Origin: Candidatus Zhuqueibacterota bacterium
GTDB taxonomy: Bacteria; SM23-31
Assembly: GCA_042564455.1 (NCBI GenBank)
Contig: JBHPLC010000004.1
Location: forward strand, 2,270 to 66,269
Reading direction: 5' to 3'
DNA length: 64,000 nt
A program made the position numbers and the translations under genes. Below are positions 28,201 through 37,677 of this stretch, one piece after another (positions within the stretch are counted from its first letter, which is position 1; the number at the start of each line of letters is the position of its first letter). The notes under the pieces are model-generated. The model was not told the origin of the DNA. It saw only the letters and a list, made by a program, of their open reading frames with translations, and did no database searches.

Positions 28201-28642
28201 AGGCGTCCTGCATGTTCTCAAAAATCCGTCTGAATCGATCTTCACTGGATCTGAGCGCCTCCGCGGCTAATTTTTTCTGGGTTACATCACGGGCAAAAGC
28301 GCAGTTATACTCTTTCCCGTCAAATTCGAGGTAGTTTACTGTTACTTCTACCGGAAAAATGTGGCCGTTTTTGGTCTTGTGTTGCGACTCAATCGTGAAT
28401 GAACCGCGTTCTTTGACATCGTCCCAGTGTTTTTTCCATGCATTTTTAGGAAAATCCGGATCCACATCATAGACATACAACTGCAGTAATTCTTCGCGCA
28501 GATAGCCAAGAGATAGACAGGCTTTGTTATTTACATAGACGAACTTTCCGTCAGGCCCCATCCAGAAAGCGGCATCAACTGCATGGTCAACTGCAAATTG
28601 TACAAATCTCGGATCATTTTCAAACTGTTTGTTATTATTCAT
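25277..28642 (-). CDS. Cytoplasmic multi-PAS sensor histidine kinase (1121 aa)
   Basis: Many PAS/PAC modules ('DITERK' junctions). HisKA 'YAYVVSHDVRAPLRAI'. HATPase 'GTGIGLAIVNKIV'. No TM segment. Confidence 0.85.
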   Translation of the reverse strand: MNNNKQFENDPRFVQFAVDHAVDAAFWMGPDGKFVYVNNKACLSLGYLREELLQLYVYDVDPDFPKNAWKKHWDDVKERGSFTIESQHKTKNGHIFPVEVTVNYLEFDGKEYNCAFARDVTQKKLAAEALRSSEDRFRRIFENMQDAYLLTGLDGEILLVNKFAAKLLKYKNKQELMKCNISRDIYVDPNERKELIKILRSKGKVEGYHLNYKRKDGVEILVECNIQFVYSDEKKPVAVEGIVRDITEKKRIEDELKRSESLFRAIFEQAAIGVAQIDSKTGKFIKINQKYCDILGYTSDEMYGLDFQSITHPEDLKTDLSNMKRLLKGEIRNFSMEKRYRCKDGSIVWVSLSVSPMWQIDEKPSTHIAVVEDITERKQLEEKLLFTQFAVDHAADSSMWIDSDGGFVYVNDKACSFLEYSREEMLDRTVLEVDPTFSRKRWLEFWKTLKEKKAFTFESLVRTKSGKIYPIEISSNYLEYDGKEYNCSFVRDITERKKAHEALEKSEEKFRKIVESSPMGMHFYKLDSDERLIFQGANPTADSILGVNNDQFVGLSIEEAFPPLKNTEVPVKYKEVAETGNMWKTEMINYDDEIIKGAFEVYAFQTVPGSMAVMFLEITERKKTEEALEKSKMEYEDLYNNAPDMFVSVDPKTARIIQCNDTLAKATVYTRDEIMGMKIFELYHPDCMDDVKKAFQTFVDTGEVNNAMLVLKRKDGSKIDVMLNVSAIRDEKGNILHSRSSWRDITDYMIAERKLEWSESNLRNAQRIAHLGSWEMDVTTGRSFWTDEFFRICGYKPGDIEPTAENGFKIIHPDDRDRAAKAVQDAIDKGEKYSIEKRIVRPDGEIRYVLSQGEIIYNSEKKPDKLIGSFLDITERKIAEQNLRDANKKLADRTDELSIANEELSQYAYVVSHDVRAPLRAIHNYSDFLMRDLEDSLKGKQKRYLNGLKTATEEAEELVNDLLELSRVGRGSVLKEDINVGKLIKELLANFDLQEDVEILMPKRWPNLKIEPVFIKQLFQNLIDNGIKFNDSKSKKIELGWSSANKKSYEFFVKDNGIGIKSDYNDKIFQVFERLHTRKEYEGTGIGLAIVNKIVKQMKGTLKVKSELGKGSTFYFVLPKT

Positions 28643-29007
28643 ATTGTCACAGTTTATTTGTTATTTATTATTTAAATTTTCATGTCCAGTGCTTTATTTC
28701 TTCAGAAAATTTAGATTTATGTGATTAATTATATTTATTCAGATAATTTAATGCAAAAATCATACCTTTACATTCTATTCAGGCTGAATCAGGTGTAAGC
28801 CGTTGATTATACATGACTTATGCCCAGACAATCCGGAAGTGTATTTTGTGTAATTTTATACATATGTTTAAAATTATTACTATCGGAGAATATAAATCTC
28901 TTAGTCTGTATTTTCTTTCGATAAAGTTGAATCTTTTTGTAACATGATTAATCTAAGTAAATGATCAAAATATTCAAAAGTAACTATTATAATAAAATGA
29001 GGTTGAA

Positions 29008-29445
29008 ATGAGATACAGATTTTTTTCATTATTATTGTTGATCACTATATTGATATCCTGTGCAAAACCAGAAAAACCACAGATTTCCTTTACTAATATT
29101 ACTGCTCAGGAAGTATGCAAAACTATTGATAAAAATGAAAACATACTATTACTTGATGTCAGGAGCGAACAGGAATTTAACGGTACTTACGGTCATCTTA
29201 AGAATGCAATCCTTATCCCTTTGCATGAACTTCAGAGAAAGATCAATGAAATTGCACAATATAAGAACAGTGAAGTCATAGTTTACTGCAGGTCGGGCAA
29301 CAGAAGTATCACAGCAAGTAACATTCTGATAGCTAACGGTTTCAAGGATGTAAATAATCTTTTAGGTGGAATGAAAGGCTGGAACAGTTCGGATATCAAC
29401 AGTCTGCCTTGTAAAAAGGAACTGCTGGTAAAAAATAGTTCTTGA
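29008..29445 (+). CDS. Rhodanese-domain lipoprotein (sulfurtransferase-like)
   Basis: Lipobox 'LISC'. 'LLLDVRSEQEF'. Active-site loop 'YCRSGNRS'. Confidence 0.75.
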   Translation: MRYRFFSLLLLITILISCAKPEKPQISFTNITAQEVCKTIDKNENILLLDVRSEQEFNGTYGHLKNAILIPLHELQRKINEIAQYKNSEVIVYCRSGNRSITASNILIANGFKDVNNLLGGMKGWNSSDINSLPCKKELLVKNSS

Positions 29446-29501
29446 TTATTTGAATACAAAATCTATTATATCTATTATACATAATTTCCTGAAAGGTAGA
29501 A

Positions 29502-29906
29502 ATGGTCAAATTTATTAAACACCTTTCAGAGATCCCTTTAGATTTTCAAGTTAGCGATATCACTCAGAGCGAGGAAATACCTCCCTTCGGATACGAAAGG
29601 ACCGGACTTACCGTTACTACTGATAACGAGATCAAAAAAGGTTCGAAAGTCAAGATCAATTTCCCTCTAAGAGATAAGATATTCGATGTTCATGGAATTG
29701 TTGAATTCTGTAAAAAGACACGTAACCGGTATGAATTCGGAGTGGTTTTCAGGAACTCTGAAGACGAACTCAGGACACGCCTGATCGAGCAGGCGTATTA
29801 TATTGATAAATACAGATGCGACATAGAGATCAACGAAGGGAGATCTTTAACAGGGCAGGAAGCAGCAATGGAATGGATCGAGAAATTTGCCAAGGATTTC
29901 GCTTAA
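29502..29906 (+). CDS. Hypothetical protein, possibly a PilZ-like beta-barrel
   Basis: 134 aa. 'GSKVKINFPL...FDVHGIVEFCKK...YEFGVVF' resembles a PilZ barrel, but no RxxxR motif was seen. Confidence 0.25.
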   Translation: MVKFIKHLSEIPLDFQVSDITQSEEIPPFGYERTGLTVTTDNEIKKGSKVKINFPLRDKIFDVHGIVEFCKKTRNRYEFGVVFRNSEDELRTRLIEQAYYIDKYRCDIEINEGRSLTGQEAAMEWIEKFAKDFA

Positions 29907-30067
29907 GGTTTGTTTTTTTTCGGGATTTCTGACAATTACAGTAACCTCCGTTGCAGGACATCTTAAATTCCTCATTTGTGAAAGACTGACCTGCTATATC
30001 TATATAAAAAAGGTTAGCCTGATTTAGACTAACCTTTAAATTTCTGCTGCGATAAATTATCAAACAA

Positions 30068-30526
30068 TCAATTGCCGATATGATTGTGATACACCTTTGA
30101 GATGATCTTCCAGCCATCATCAGATCTAATCAGTGACAGATAGTCGGTATAGACCTTTTTCTGATTTTTGTAGATCTCGGCTTTTACTGTTGCGGCATCA
30201 CCTGTCACATCCAATTCCACGATCTTGCAAAGTGCTTTTACTTTGTCCGGATTAAAACCTTTGGAGTTCTTATTCTTTTCGATGGTCTCGATCCATTTGC
30301 TGATGGTAAACTTCTCGACTTTTTTCCCGTCCTTTGAATAAACTGCAAAATCAGAATGAAAACCCTTCTTCATTGCTTTGGTATCAAGACCGTTAAAAGC
30401 GCCGTTGAAATAGCAATTCTTGACAAGTTTCGTAATATCCTTTTTTGCATCCTCACCTTGATTTACCGCAAATAATGAGGTAGACATCAACAAAGCAAAA
30501 ACAAGCACACATGCAATTTTTTTCAT
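30068..30526 (-). CDS. Exported NTF2-fold (SnoaL/lumazine-binding-like) protein
   Basis: ATG at 30526 with AAGGAGGA RBS. Signal peptide. 'CYFNGAFNGLD...', 'YLSLIRSDDGWKIISKVYH'. Confidence 0.5.
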   Translation of the reverse strand: MKKIACVLVFALLMSTSLFAVNQGEDAKKDITKLVKNCYFNGAFNGLDTKAMKKGFHSDFAVYSKDGKKVEKFTISKWIETIEKNKNSKGFNPDKVKALCKIVELDVTGDAATVKAEIYKNQKKVYTDYLSLIRSDDGWKIISKVYHNHIGN

Positions 30527-30660
30527 AATATCCTCCTTGTATTGATATAGAAAAAATATGCGCTCTTGCCAACTATTTACGTACCTGGACAAAATTTGTT
30601 GCCAAAATTATCAGGAATTTGTACTTTGTGCTCGGCAATTACTATTATTCTAATTTTGTT

Positions 30661-31518
30661 CTATTTTTTCCAGCTTTCATGTTTCTCCCAGCGCATTACA
30701 GCTTCCACAAAAAATCCCGCTATCAGCTTTGATTTTTTCTCCGTGTATTCTTTTGCTTTCTCAACATCAAAGTCATAATATCCCTTCCCGGCTTCTGGGA
30801 GCATAGAAGTCGACCAGGCCGGAAGCATTGTGATCGCCTCACCGGTACGCTCCTTTGAAACATTCTCTTTCCCTAATTTTTCCACCATCTCTCTGTCCAG
30901 CAGTCCCGGATCCTTAGAAATGACCAATGCCGCTTCTTCAAGATCTCCATGACCCGATTGCTGTTCTGTCATTCCGTATACTTCCGCTGCAAGGTTCCAT
31001 CCCATTTTCCACCAGTCTACAATCATTATATGCACAGCAGTTTCTCTATGAATACGCTCCATCGCCTTTTTTACAGGTTCCGTATTTCCACCATGCCCGT
31101 TTACTATCAGTATATTCTTGAATCCTGTCTTCTCAAGATCTCTCAGGATATCATAAATGTACTCTTCAAAAACTTCAGGCCGAATATTTATTGAACCGGG
31201 GAATTGAGATATGCTTGCACCGGTTACACCGTGATTAACCGCCGGAGCGATCAGCGCATTGCATTCCTCCCAGATATGATCGGAAATATTCTCAGGGATA
31301 AAATTGTCCGTGCCCAATGCAACAGCGCCATGCGGTTCCACCGTCCCGATCGGCAGGATCACTCTGTCCGTAACCTCGGGCACTATTTCAGCCAATCTCA
31401 TCCAGCAGAAATTCTGCAGGTAATGATATTCCAGGTCGCTTACCTTAGTCTGGGAATTAACAGGAACTGCAAAAAACAATACCAGCATTAAGGTTAAAAT
31501 AATTCTAAACTCTTTCAT
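30661..31518 (-). CDS. Creatininase-family amidohydrolase with N-terminal signal peptide
   Basis: 'ILPIGTVEPHGAVALGTD', 'IVNGHGGN', 'HGDLEEAA'. N-terminus MKEFRIILTLMLVLFFAVPVNSQ. Confidence 0.7.
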   Translation of the reverse strand: MKEFRIILTLMLVLFFAVPVNSQTKVSDLEYHYLQNFCWMRLAEIVPEVTDRVILPIGTVEPHGAVALGTDNFIPENISDHIWEECNALIAPAVNHGVTGASISQFPGSINIRPEVFEEYIYDILRDLEKTGFKNILIVNGHGGNTEPVKKAMERIHRETAVHIMIVDWWKMGWNLAAEVYGMTEQQSGHGDLEEAALVISKDPGLLDREMVEKLGKENVSKERTGEAITMLPAWSTSMLPEAGKGYYDFDVEKAKEYTEKKSKLIAGFFVEAVMRWEKHESWKK

Positions 31519-31670
31519 AAAACCTCCAAATATTTTTCTGTTAAATCTGTCTGTTATTCGATTATTATCTACATTAACAATAAATTTCTATATTTCAAAA
31601 TATTTTATAACACATATCATCTCGCATTTTAACAAATGTAAATGTATTAATAAAAAAGGCTAATAATCCC

Positions 31671-31699
31671 TTGACAATTCATTTATTCTATCTTAGATT
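31671..31699 (+). promoter_or_regulatory. Sigma70-like promoter candidate (TTGACA-17-TAGATT)
   Basis: ttgaca at 31671-31676, tagatt at 31694-31699, about 38 nt upstream of the ATG at 31737. Confidence 0.4.
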
Positions 31700-31736
31700 T
31701 AACCTTTTAAAGAAAAATTTTCATTGCGGAGGATTC

Positions 31737-33815
31737 ATGAACTTTATTTGCCGTGTATTTGTTTCTGCGATTCTACTGATCTGCTTTTTCCAGGTAAATG
31801 TCTACTCACAGGAAATTAATGCCGTAAATATATCAGGTAAGATCGTGATAGATGGAAAACTCAACGAAACTGAATGGGAAAATGCTCAGGCTGTAACAGG
31901 ATTTACTCAGTTTGAACCAGATTACGGAACACCGGCTTCACTAAAAACATACGTAAAGGTCCTTTTTGACAATGAAATGATCTACTTCGGTTTTGATTGT
32001 AAAGATTCCGATATATCTCTAATCTCTACAAAGGTCACTCAAAGAGACGGTGAAGTTTATGAAGACGATGCAATCGCCTTCATTATTGATACGTTCAACG
32101 ACAAAAATAATGCTTACATGTTCCAGGTGAATGCCCTCGGTACTCAACAGGATGAAAGGTGGGCTGACAACGGCAGAACAAGGGATACAAAATGGGACAT
32201 TCGTTGGTCCTCTGCAGGAAATATAAACAGCGACGGGTGGACTGCTGAAGTTGCGATCCCGCTCGACGTAATCAAATTCGACAAGAATTCTCCGGAATGG
32301 GGATTGAATGTTATACGTTACATTCCCCGCAACCGCGAGATGAGTCATTGGTCGAAAGGTCTTACCGAATGGTTCAGAATAGCTGAGATCGGGACAATAA
32401 ACGGTCTTGATCTGGAGGACTATATCGGCAAAAATTATACGATAATTCCTTATATTCAGTCACAGACGGAAAGGGGCAGGAAATCCGAAGGGGATGTCGG
32501 CGGGGATGTCCGGTTGAATTTTTCGAGTAATTTCGGGATCGATGCTACTTTTAATCCCGATTTCGCTACGATCGAAGCCGATGTTGTACAGGTGAACATG
32601 TCAAGATTTGAGCTTTCATATCCGGAGAAGCGGCCGTTCTTCATGGAAGGCGGAGAAAATTATTCAACCCGTATTAAGCAGTTCTACTCCAGAAGGATCG
32701 GTGAGATCCCCTGGGGTTTGAAACTCAACGGTAAAGCGGACAGCTGGAAAATTAACGCACTGACAACACAGTCCGATCCATCAACGGCAAATCCAGGAAT
32801 TTCTGCCGGAGAGGATGCCAACTATACCGTATTCAGGGTGAACAAGGAAACTTTCAATTCATCAAATATAGGGATTATCGGGGCTAACAGATATTACAGC
32901 GACAAGAATAAAGGCTCGATAGGCCTGGCAGGCACCCTGTTCTTTACAAACGCTCTCGGATTGACCACACAATTCATAAAAAGCTACGGAGATTTTGAAA
33001 AAGGCTCATGGACCTATTTTGTCCGTCCCTCTTTTGATTCAAAGAACGGACATTTTCATGTACGGTATACGCATGTCGGTGAAAACGTCCGGGAAAACAT
33101 GAATGGGATCGGTTATATTCGGGATGACGACCGGCGCGAAGTTGACTCAAATATTAAGAGAAACATCTGGTTCACAAATTCCTGGCTCGACCAGATCGTA
33201 CCGACCATAAACTACAACAGGTACTGGAGTCAGACCGGAAATCTCAGAAGCTGGAATATGCGCAATGAAATAGAGATACTTTTCCTTAAAAGATGGCAGC
33301 TCGACCTTGAATACGGTGAAGAGTTCAGGAGGTTTGAAAAAGGATTCAGGAACACCGATTTTGAAACCGAACTATCCTATGACAATAATCAGGGACAGAC
33401 AATTGCTGTTGTATACGGAGAAGGTTTAAATTACGAAATGGATTATGAAAAATACGGTGTCGAGATGAATTTCAAACTCCGTGAAGGCTGGGATCTTTCA
33501 TATGAAGCCGAGCGTTACTGGTTTAAACCTGATCTGGAAGATGAAAACACCCTGTTTCATGCGGTCAATTCGACCTATTATGTCAACAAGGATATGTATT
33601 TTAAGCTGTTTTATCAATCACAGTATGATGTTTTCGGCGGTTACAGTGATCCGGAATTCGACCTTTCGAGGGAGACGGTGCAGTTCGTTTATGTCTGGCG
33701 TTTTCTGCCGCCCTTCGGTTCGTTCCAGCTGGCTTTCCAGCAGGGTTCAACACAGCATACTGAGATTATCGGACGCGGGAAAACCCTGTTCACGAAACTG
33801 TCATGGGTATTCTGA
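31737..33815 (+). CDS. Exported CBM9-like + DUF5916-like protein
   Basis: ATG at 31737 with GGAGGA RBS. Signal peptide. 'IDGKLNETEWENAQAVTGFTQFEPDYGTPA...VKVLFDNEMIYFGFDC'. Long beta-rich C-terminal part. Confidence 0.5.
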   Translation: MNFICRVFVSAILLICFFQVNVYSQEINAVNISGKIVIDGKLNETEWENAQAVTGFTQFEPDYGTPASLKTYVKVLFDNEMIYFGFDCKDSDISLISTKVTQRDGEVYEDDAIAFIIDTFNDKNNAYMFQVNALGTQQDERWADNGRTRDTKWDIRWSSAGNINSDGWTAEVAIPLDVIKFDKNSPEWGLNVIRYIPRNREMSHWSKGLTEWFRIAEIGTINGLDLEDYIGKNYTIIPYIQSQTERGRKSEGDVGGDVRLNFSSNFGIDATFNPDFATIEADVVQVNMSRFELSYPEKRPFFMEGGENYSTRIKQFYSRRIGEIPWGLKLNGKADSWKINALTTQSDPSTANPGISAGEDANYTVFRVNKETFNSSNIGIIGANRYYSDKNKGSIGLAGTLFFTNALGLTTQFIKSYGDFEKGSWTYFVRPSFDSKNGHFHVRYTHVGENVRENMNGIGYIRDDDRREVDSNIKRNIWFTNSWLDQIVPTINYNRYWSQTGNLRSWNMRNEIEILFLKRWQLDLEYGEEFRRFEKGFRNTDFETELSYDNNQGQTIAVVYGEGLNYEMDYEKYGVEMNFKLREGWDLSYEAERYWFKPDLEDENTLFHAVNSTYYVNKDMYFKLFYQSQYDVFGGYSDPEFDLSRETVQFVYVWRFLPPFGSFQLAFQQGSTQHTEIIGRGKTLFTKLSWVF

Positions 33816-33880
33816 TGCAGCTTCGCTGCTTTTAGTTTATTATTAATTTGAGATAAACAATACAAAAAAAGAGCGGGATC

Positions 33881-35587
33881 ATGGAAGAAGACAATACGTA
33901 TATTAATGAGCAGTATAATAAAGGGATCGAGCTTTTCGAATCCGGAAAGTTTTCGGAATCTGCAGAAATTTTCCACCAGATAGTGGCAAAAGATCCGAAG
34001 TGTTCACCGGCATGGAATAATCTTGGTGTGGTGGCATCCCGGGAAGACCGCCACAGTGATGCGGAAATATTTTTTCAGAAGGCAGTAGAAGCTGATCCTG
34101 CCAATAATGAGGCTGCTGTTAATCTTGCAGATACATATTTTTCATCAAAACAGTATACAAAAGCTGAAAAATTATACGAATATTTAATGCAGAAATTCCC
34201 GGAGAATGCAGAGTTCTGCGTCCGGCGCGGTGACTGTTTTGTCATGTTCGCCGAATACAATTCCGCATTCCCGTTTTACAGCAAAGCTGCTCAGATATCT
34301 CCCGAAAACAATGCCGTTCAGCAAAGGATCAATATAACCGCAGCGGCGCTGACACCCATCCCGTTCGCTGTCGCCGGAACCATCATTGATAAACCTATGA
34401 AGATCCTGCTGGGAAAAGGAACGGAAATCCTTGCGGGCTTATTTGAACAGGATACTTGTAATGTAATTCAATTTCAGGAAAACTTGGACAATAAAGACCT
34501 GTTTTTTGAACCGGCCGACATGATCTTTGCAAGAAATGATCCGTCTTTCTTTGCAGATAATCCTCCGGCTGTCTGCCGCATCCTTATATTGGATACTGTT
34601 CCCGATTCGATCGATCTGAGTAAAGGTGATAGACTAAGGAATATAGACATGGTGTTCGTTAAGGATGAAACCGACCGCAGAAAACTTGTTGAAATCCTTG
34701 ACTTTGCGGATTATCAGGCCGCTGTTCTGCCTGTAGATGATGATACAATAGACGCTGATCCTGAAAACATTCAAAGAATGTTCCTCGATCTGTATGCAGA
34801 ACTGGTGTTATTTTATGCGCAGCGGTTTCAGCTTCAGGACTGCCACGAACAGGAATTCTGGCTTCTCAGTAAAGCGGCGAATACTCTGAAGGATTCAACC
34901 GAGATCAGCCGTAAATATGACCTGGCCAAGAAAAAGATCAATCACCTTTTCAACACGGACGAATACCAGGAATTATACGATGAATCGGCGAGTTTCACAG
35001 GTTCGATCCCCGATGTGACCGGCTGGAAACGGTATGCATGGATCAGAGACCAGGTCAAATCCTACCCGGAGTTAAAATCGGTCGTGGATGTCGGCTGCCA
35101 TAAAGGTGAATTCTGTTTTGCTCTTGCTGACGAGGGGATCGATGTGACCGGAGTTGATATTGCGGAAGCGAACATTAAAGCCGCACTGTACCACTCCAAA
35201 GACAAGGATTCGCAAGGTAAACTCGAATTTCTTACCGGTTCTGCTGATAAGGTCGATACATTTTTCCCGGAAAACAGCTTTGACGGAGCACTGCTGCTGG
35301 AAATTTTAGAGCACGTACCCGATGTGGATGAAGTGTTAAGATCCGTTGAGAAGATCGTACGCCCGGGAGGTTATGTTTTTGTAACCGTTCCTTTTACTCA
35401 TCTTGAACTTCTGTGCAACCTGATATTCGATACGGTTCGGGAATTCCCGGAACACGTCCGCCGTTTCACCCCGGAAAATATACCGGTCTACTTCAGAGGT
35501 AAAAAAGACCTGCACATTGATGAGATCCTCGCTACATCAGGCTCGGAACAGTGGAAATGGTTCGGGATCCGGTATAAGGTGGAATAG
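33881..35587 (+). CDS. TPR-repeat protein fused to a class I SAM-dependent methyltransferase
   Basis: N-terminal TPR-like repeats ('AWNNLGVV', 'FQKAVEADPAN'). C-terminal motif I 'VVDVGCHKGEF', 'LLLEILEHVPD'. Confidence 0.7.
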   Translation: MEEDNTYINEQYNKGIELFESGKFSESAEIFHQIVAKDPKCSPAWNNLGVVASREDRHSDAEIFFQKAVEADPANNEAAVNLADTYFSSKQYTKAEKLYEYLMQKFPENAEFCVRRGDCFVMFAEYNSAFPFYSKAAQISPENNAVQQRINITAAALTPIPFAVAGTIIDKPMKILLGKGTEILAGLFEQDTCNVIQFQENLDNKDLFFEPADMIFARNDPSFFADNPPAVCRILILDTVPDSIDLSKGDRLRNIDMVFVKDETDRRKLVEILDFADYQAAVLPVDDDTIDADPENIQRMFLDLYAELVLFYAQRFQLQDCHEQEFWLLSKAANTLKDSTEISRKYDLAKKKINHLFNTDEYQELYDESASFTGSIPDVTGWKRYAWIRDQVKSYPELKSVVDVGCHKGEFCFALADEGIDVTGVDIAEANIKAALYHSKDKDSQGKLEFLTGSADKVDTFFPENSFDGALLLEILEHVPDVDEVLRSVEKIVRPGGYVFVTVPFTHLELLCNLIFDTVREFPEHVRRFTPENIPVYFRGKKDLHIDEILATSGSEQWKWFGIRYKVE

Positions 35588-35601
35588 GGGAGATATACTT
35601 T

Positions 35602-35695
35602 AGTAGGACAGACATTCCTCGGTACGACAAAGGCGACCTGTCTGTCACAGTTACAATCAAAAAAAATCGACAGACAGGAATGTTTGTCTTACTAC
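35602..35695. repeat. Inverted pair of GTAGGACAGACA elements
   Basis: agtaggacagacattc..(21-nt insert)..ctgtctgtca (35602-35647) and its inverted relative cgacagacaggaatgtttgtcttactac (35668-35695). Confidence 0.7.
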
Positions 35696-35841
35696 ATATT
35701 ACTTCGTTTCAGAAAAAGTTAATTAAAATACAGCTCAGACAACTAATTGTGCGCACCTTTTTCACTATATCAATAAAAAAATATATTGTCAATAAAAATA
35801 TTAAGTGCCGTTAAGCATAAGTCCGGTTAATTTATCACCTC

Positions 35842-36128
35842 AGAGATTCCTCCAGCAATTGCGGGATGGGAATGACAAATGAGGGTACGGGGAAAACAAA
35901 AGGGAGACGGGAATGACAGAAACTGTATTATTTAATCAATATTATTCTAATCTGTCATTGCGAGGAGCCCGGCCGCATCGCGGTAAGACGACGTCGCAAT
36001 CTCTGCGCTGACACACCTGATAACGTTTTCTTTGTGGCATCCCTAAATTAATTTAGGGGTGGTTATTCAGAATTTTCCCAAAGACTTACGGAGAGATTGC
36101 CGCGTCACTTCGTTCCTCGCAATGACAG
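35842..36128. repeat. Cluster of GAGATT..AATGACAG elements in both orientations
   Basis: 35842-35876 (forward), 35952-36003 (reverse: ctgtcattgcgagg..cgtcgcaatctc), 36093-36128 (forward: gagattgccgcg..cctcgcaatgacag). Also a palindrome ccctaaattaatttaggg at 36041-36058. Confidence 0.75.
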
Positions 36129-36269
36129 AACTATTCTAAGCATTGTACATCACGAATTGTCATAAGGTGAAATAATTAGAGATTCCGCAAGCCCACCAGA
36201 CTACTCCACCAAACCTACGGCGAGATGAACGGCGAGGTAAGCAGTGATGGGAAAGACCACGAAGGCGTA

Positions 36270-36400
36270 ACATCCCCCTTTTAATTCCCCCTTCGAAGGG
36301 GGAATATAAAGAAATGTTTCCCTATTCGAAGGACGCAGTATCCAGCATAGAGGAATTGCAATTTGAATCCCCCTTTTTAAAGAGGAATTTAGGGGGATGT
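36270..36400. repeat. Inverted pair of GGGGGAAT-hairpin elements
   Basis: acatcccccttttaattcccccttcgaagggggaat (36270-36305) and atccccctttttaaagaggaatttagggggatgt (36367-36400, degenerate inverted copy). Confidence 0.7.
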
Positions 36401-36683
36401 AAATATTTGATATTCAGAAACCGGCCAAACTGTAGTACATAAATTGAATTGAAAATTGATAACCAAATGTGTGCAAAAACAAAAACGGCACGGGAAATGA
36501 ATCCCATGCCGCCCCACATCAGCACAAATATCGATATTTTTCACAATATTCCATTATTTGCACATCAGTACATAATGTCTTAGTCTTTACATATTTGTCT
36601 TAACTTGTTCACATATCATCATTACATTCTATAACACAAAATTTCAGCAATAATTCCAACTTTTGAATCCAATCGGTTCTTTT

Positions 36684-37595
36684 TTATTTCTTCCTGTTCT
36701 CGACTATTTTTTTCAGCGCATCTTTGATATCTCCGGGTGCCGAACTTATCTTCATGAATGTACCCATTGACAGATCAGGGAAAGAGATCGCTATCCGGTA
36801 TCTTCCTCGTAATGCCACAACTTTGTCTTCCATTACCAGTACTTCGTATGGAGCAAAAGGAAGGTGTTTCGGTTCCTTTATGTCGATCTTCGGCAGGAAA
36901 TGTTTCTCACCCTTCTCACCGGTCAACGCCACACCGAACAATGTTAGTTTCTGTTCCGGGAAACTTATCTCGTATACCTTTTTGAAATTTTCCGACCCGT
37001 TTTCAAAGGTTTCCCTGATTTGTGTCAATATCTCGTTATAATTCGTTTTCTTCGCAAGCTCATCAACATCATGGAATTTCGGCATCATCATCTTATACCT
37101 GTAACCTCTGAGGTCTTTCTCAGATTTTCCGCCCTTCGATCCAAATTCTTCATCCTTAACCTCAGCAAGTCCGCTAAATGTCGATTTAAACGTCTTTGAC
37201 ATCTTATCATAATTTGCCGAAACCTGCGGATAATCCTTCTGATAATACGCATTCCCCCAGTATTTCGGATTCTGATAGGATATTTCATTCTCACCGTAAT
37301 TCATGTGGATCCCCACCCGCAGTACGGCAGCAAATCCCCTTAAGCCGCCCTGTGAAATTACCGATCCCTTCAGATCGTCATTAGTGACACATATAACAAT
37401 ACGCTCAGGATCATCCATCGGTGAATACTTACCGAGTATCTCAAATCCGTTCGATTCCAGCATTCCGGTTACTTTTGCTTCAGCTTCTTTGATCGTTCCC
37501 TGCTCAACTCCAGCAAGAACATACGGCTTCAGTTTCTGCGCATATACAGATCCTGCATTTATCATAAATATCAATAAGACTATTAATATTCTCAT
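36684..37595 (-). CDS. Exported hypothetical protein
   Basis: ATG at 37595 with GGAGA RBS. Signal peptide MRILIVLLIFMINAGSVYA. Downstream of the FadL-like gene. Confidence 0.5.
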   Translation of the reverse strand: MRILIVLLIFMINAGSVYAQKLKPYVLAGVEQGTIKEAEAKVTGMLESNGFEILGKYSPMDDPERIVICVTNDDLKGSVISQGGLRGFAAVLRVGIHMNYGENEISYQNPKYWGNAYYQKDYPQVSANYDKMSKTFKSTFSGLAEVKDEEFGSKGGKSEKDLRGYRYKMMMPKFHDVDELAKKTNYNEILTQIRETFENGSENFKKVYEISFPEQKLTLFGVALTGEKGEKHFLPKIDIKEPKHLPFAPYEVLVMEDKVVALRGRYRIAISFPDLSMGTFMKISSAPGDIKDALKKIVENRKK

Positions 37596-37677
37596 TTTAA
37601 ATCTCCACACTTTTCACAAAAATTCGAGAAAGCGCCCGCATTTAATTAACGGACGCTTTCATCATCTATGTATACGC

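Noticed and set aside
36322-36525. 67-aa ORF in the repeat-rich spacer
   Set aside because: It runs through palindromic repeat copies, has no RBS and no recognisable features, and shows a repeat-driven rather than coding composition.
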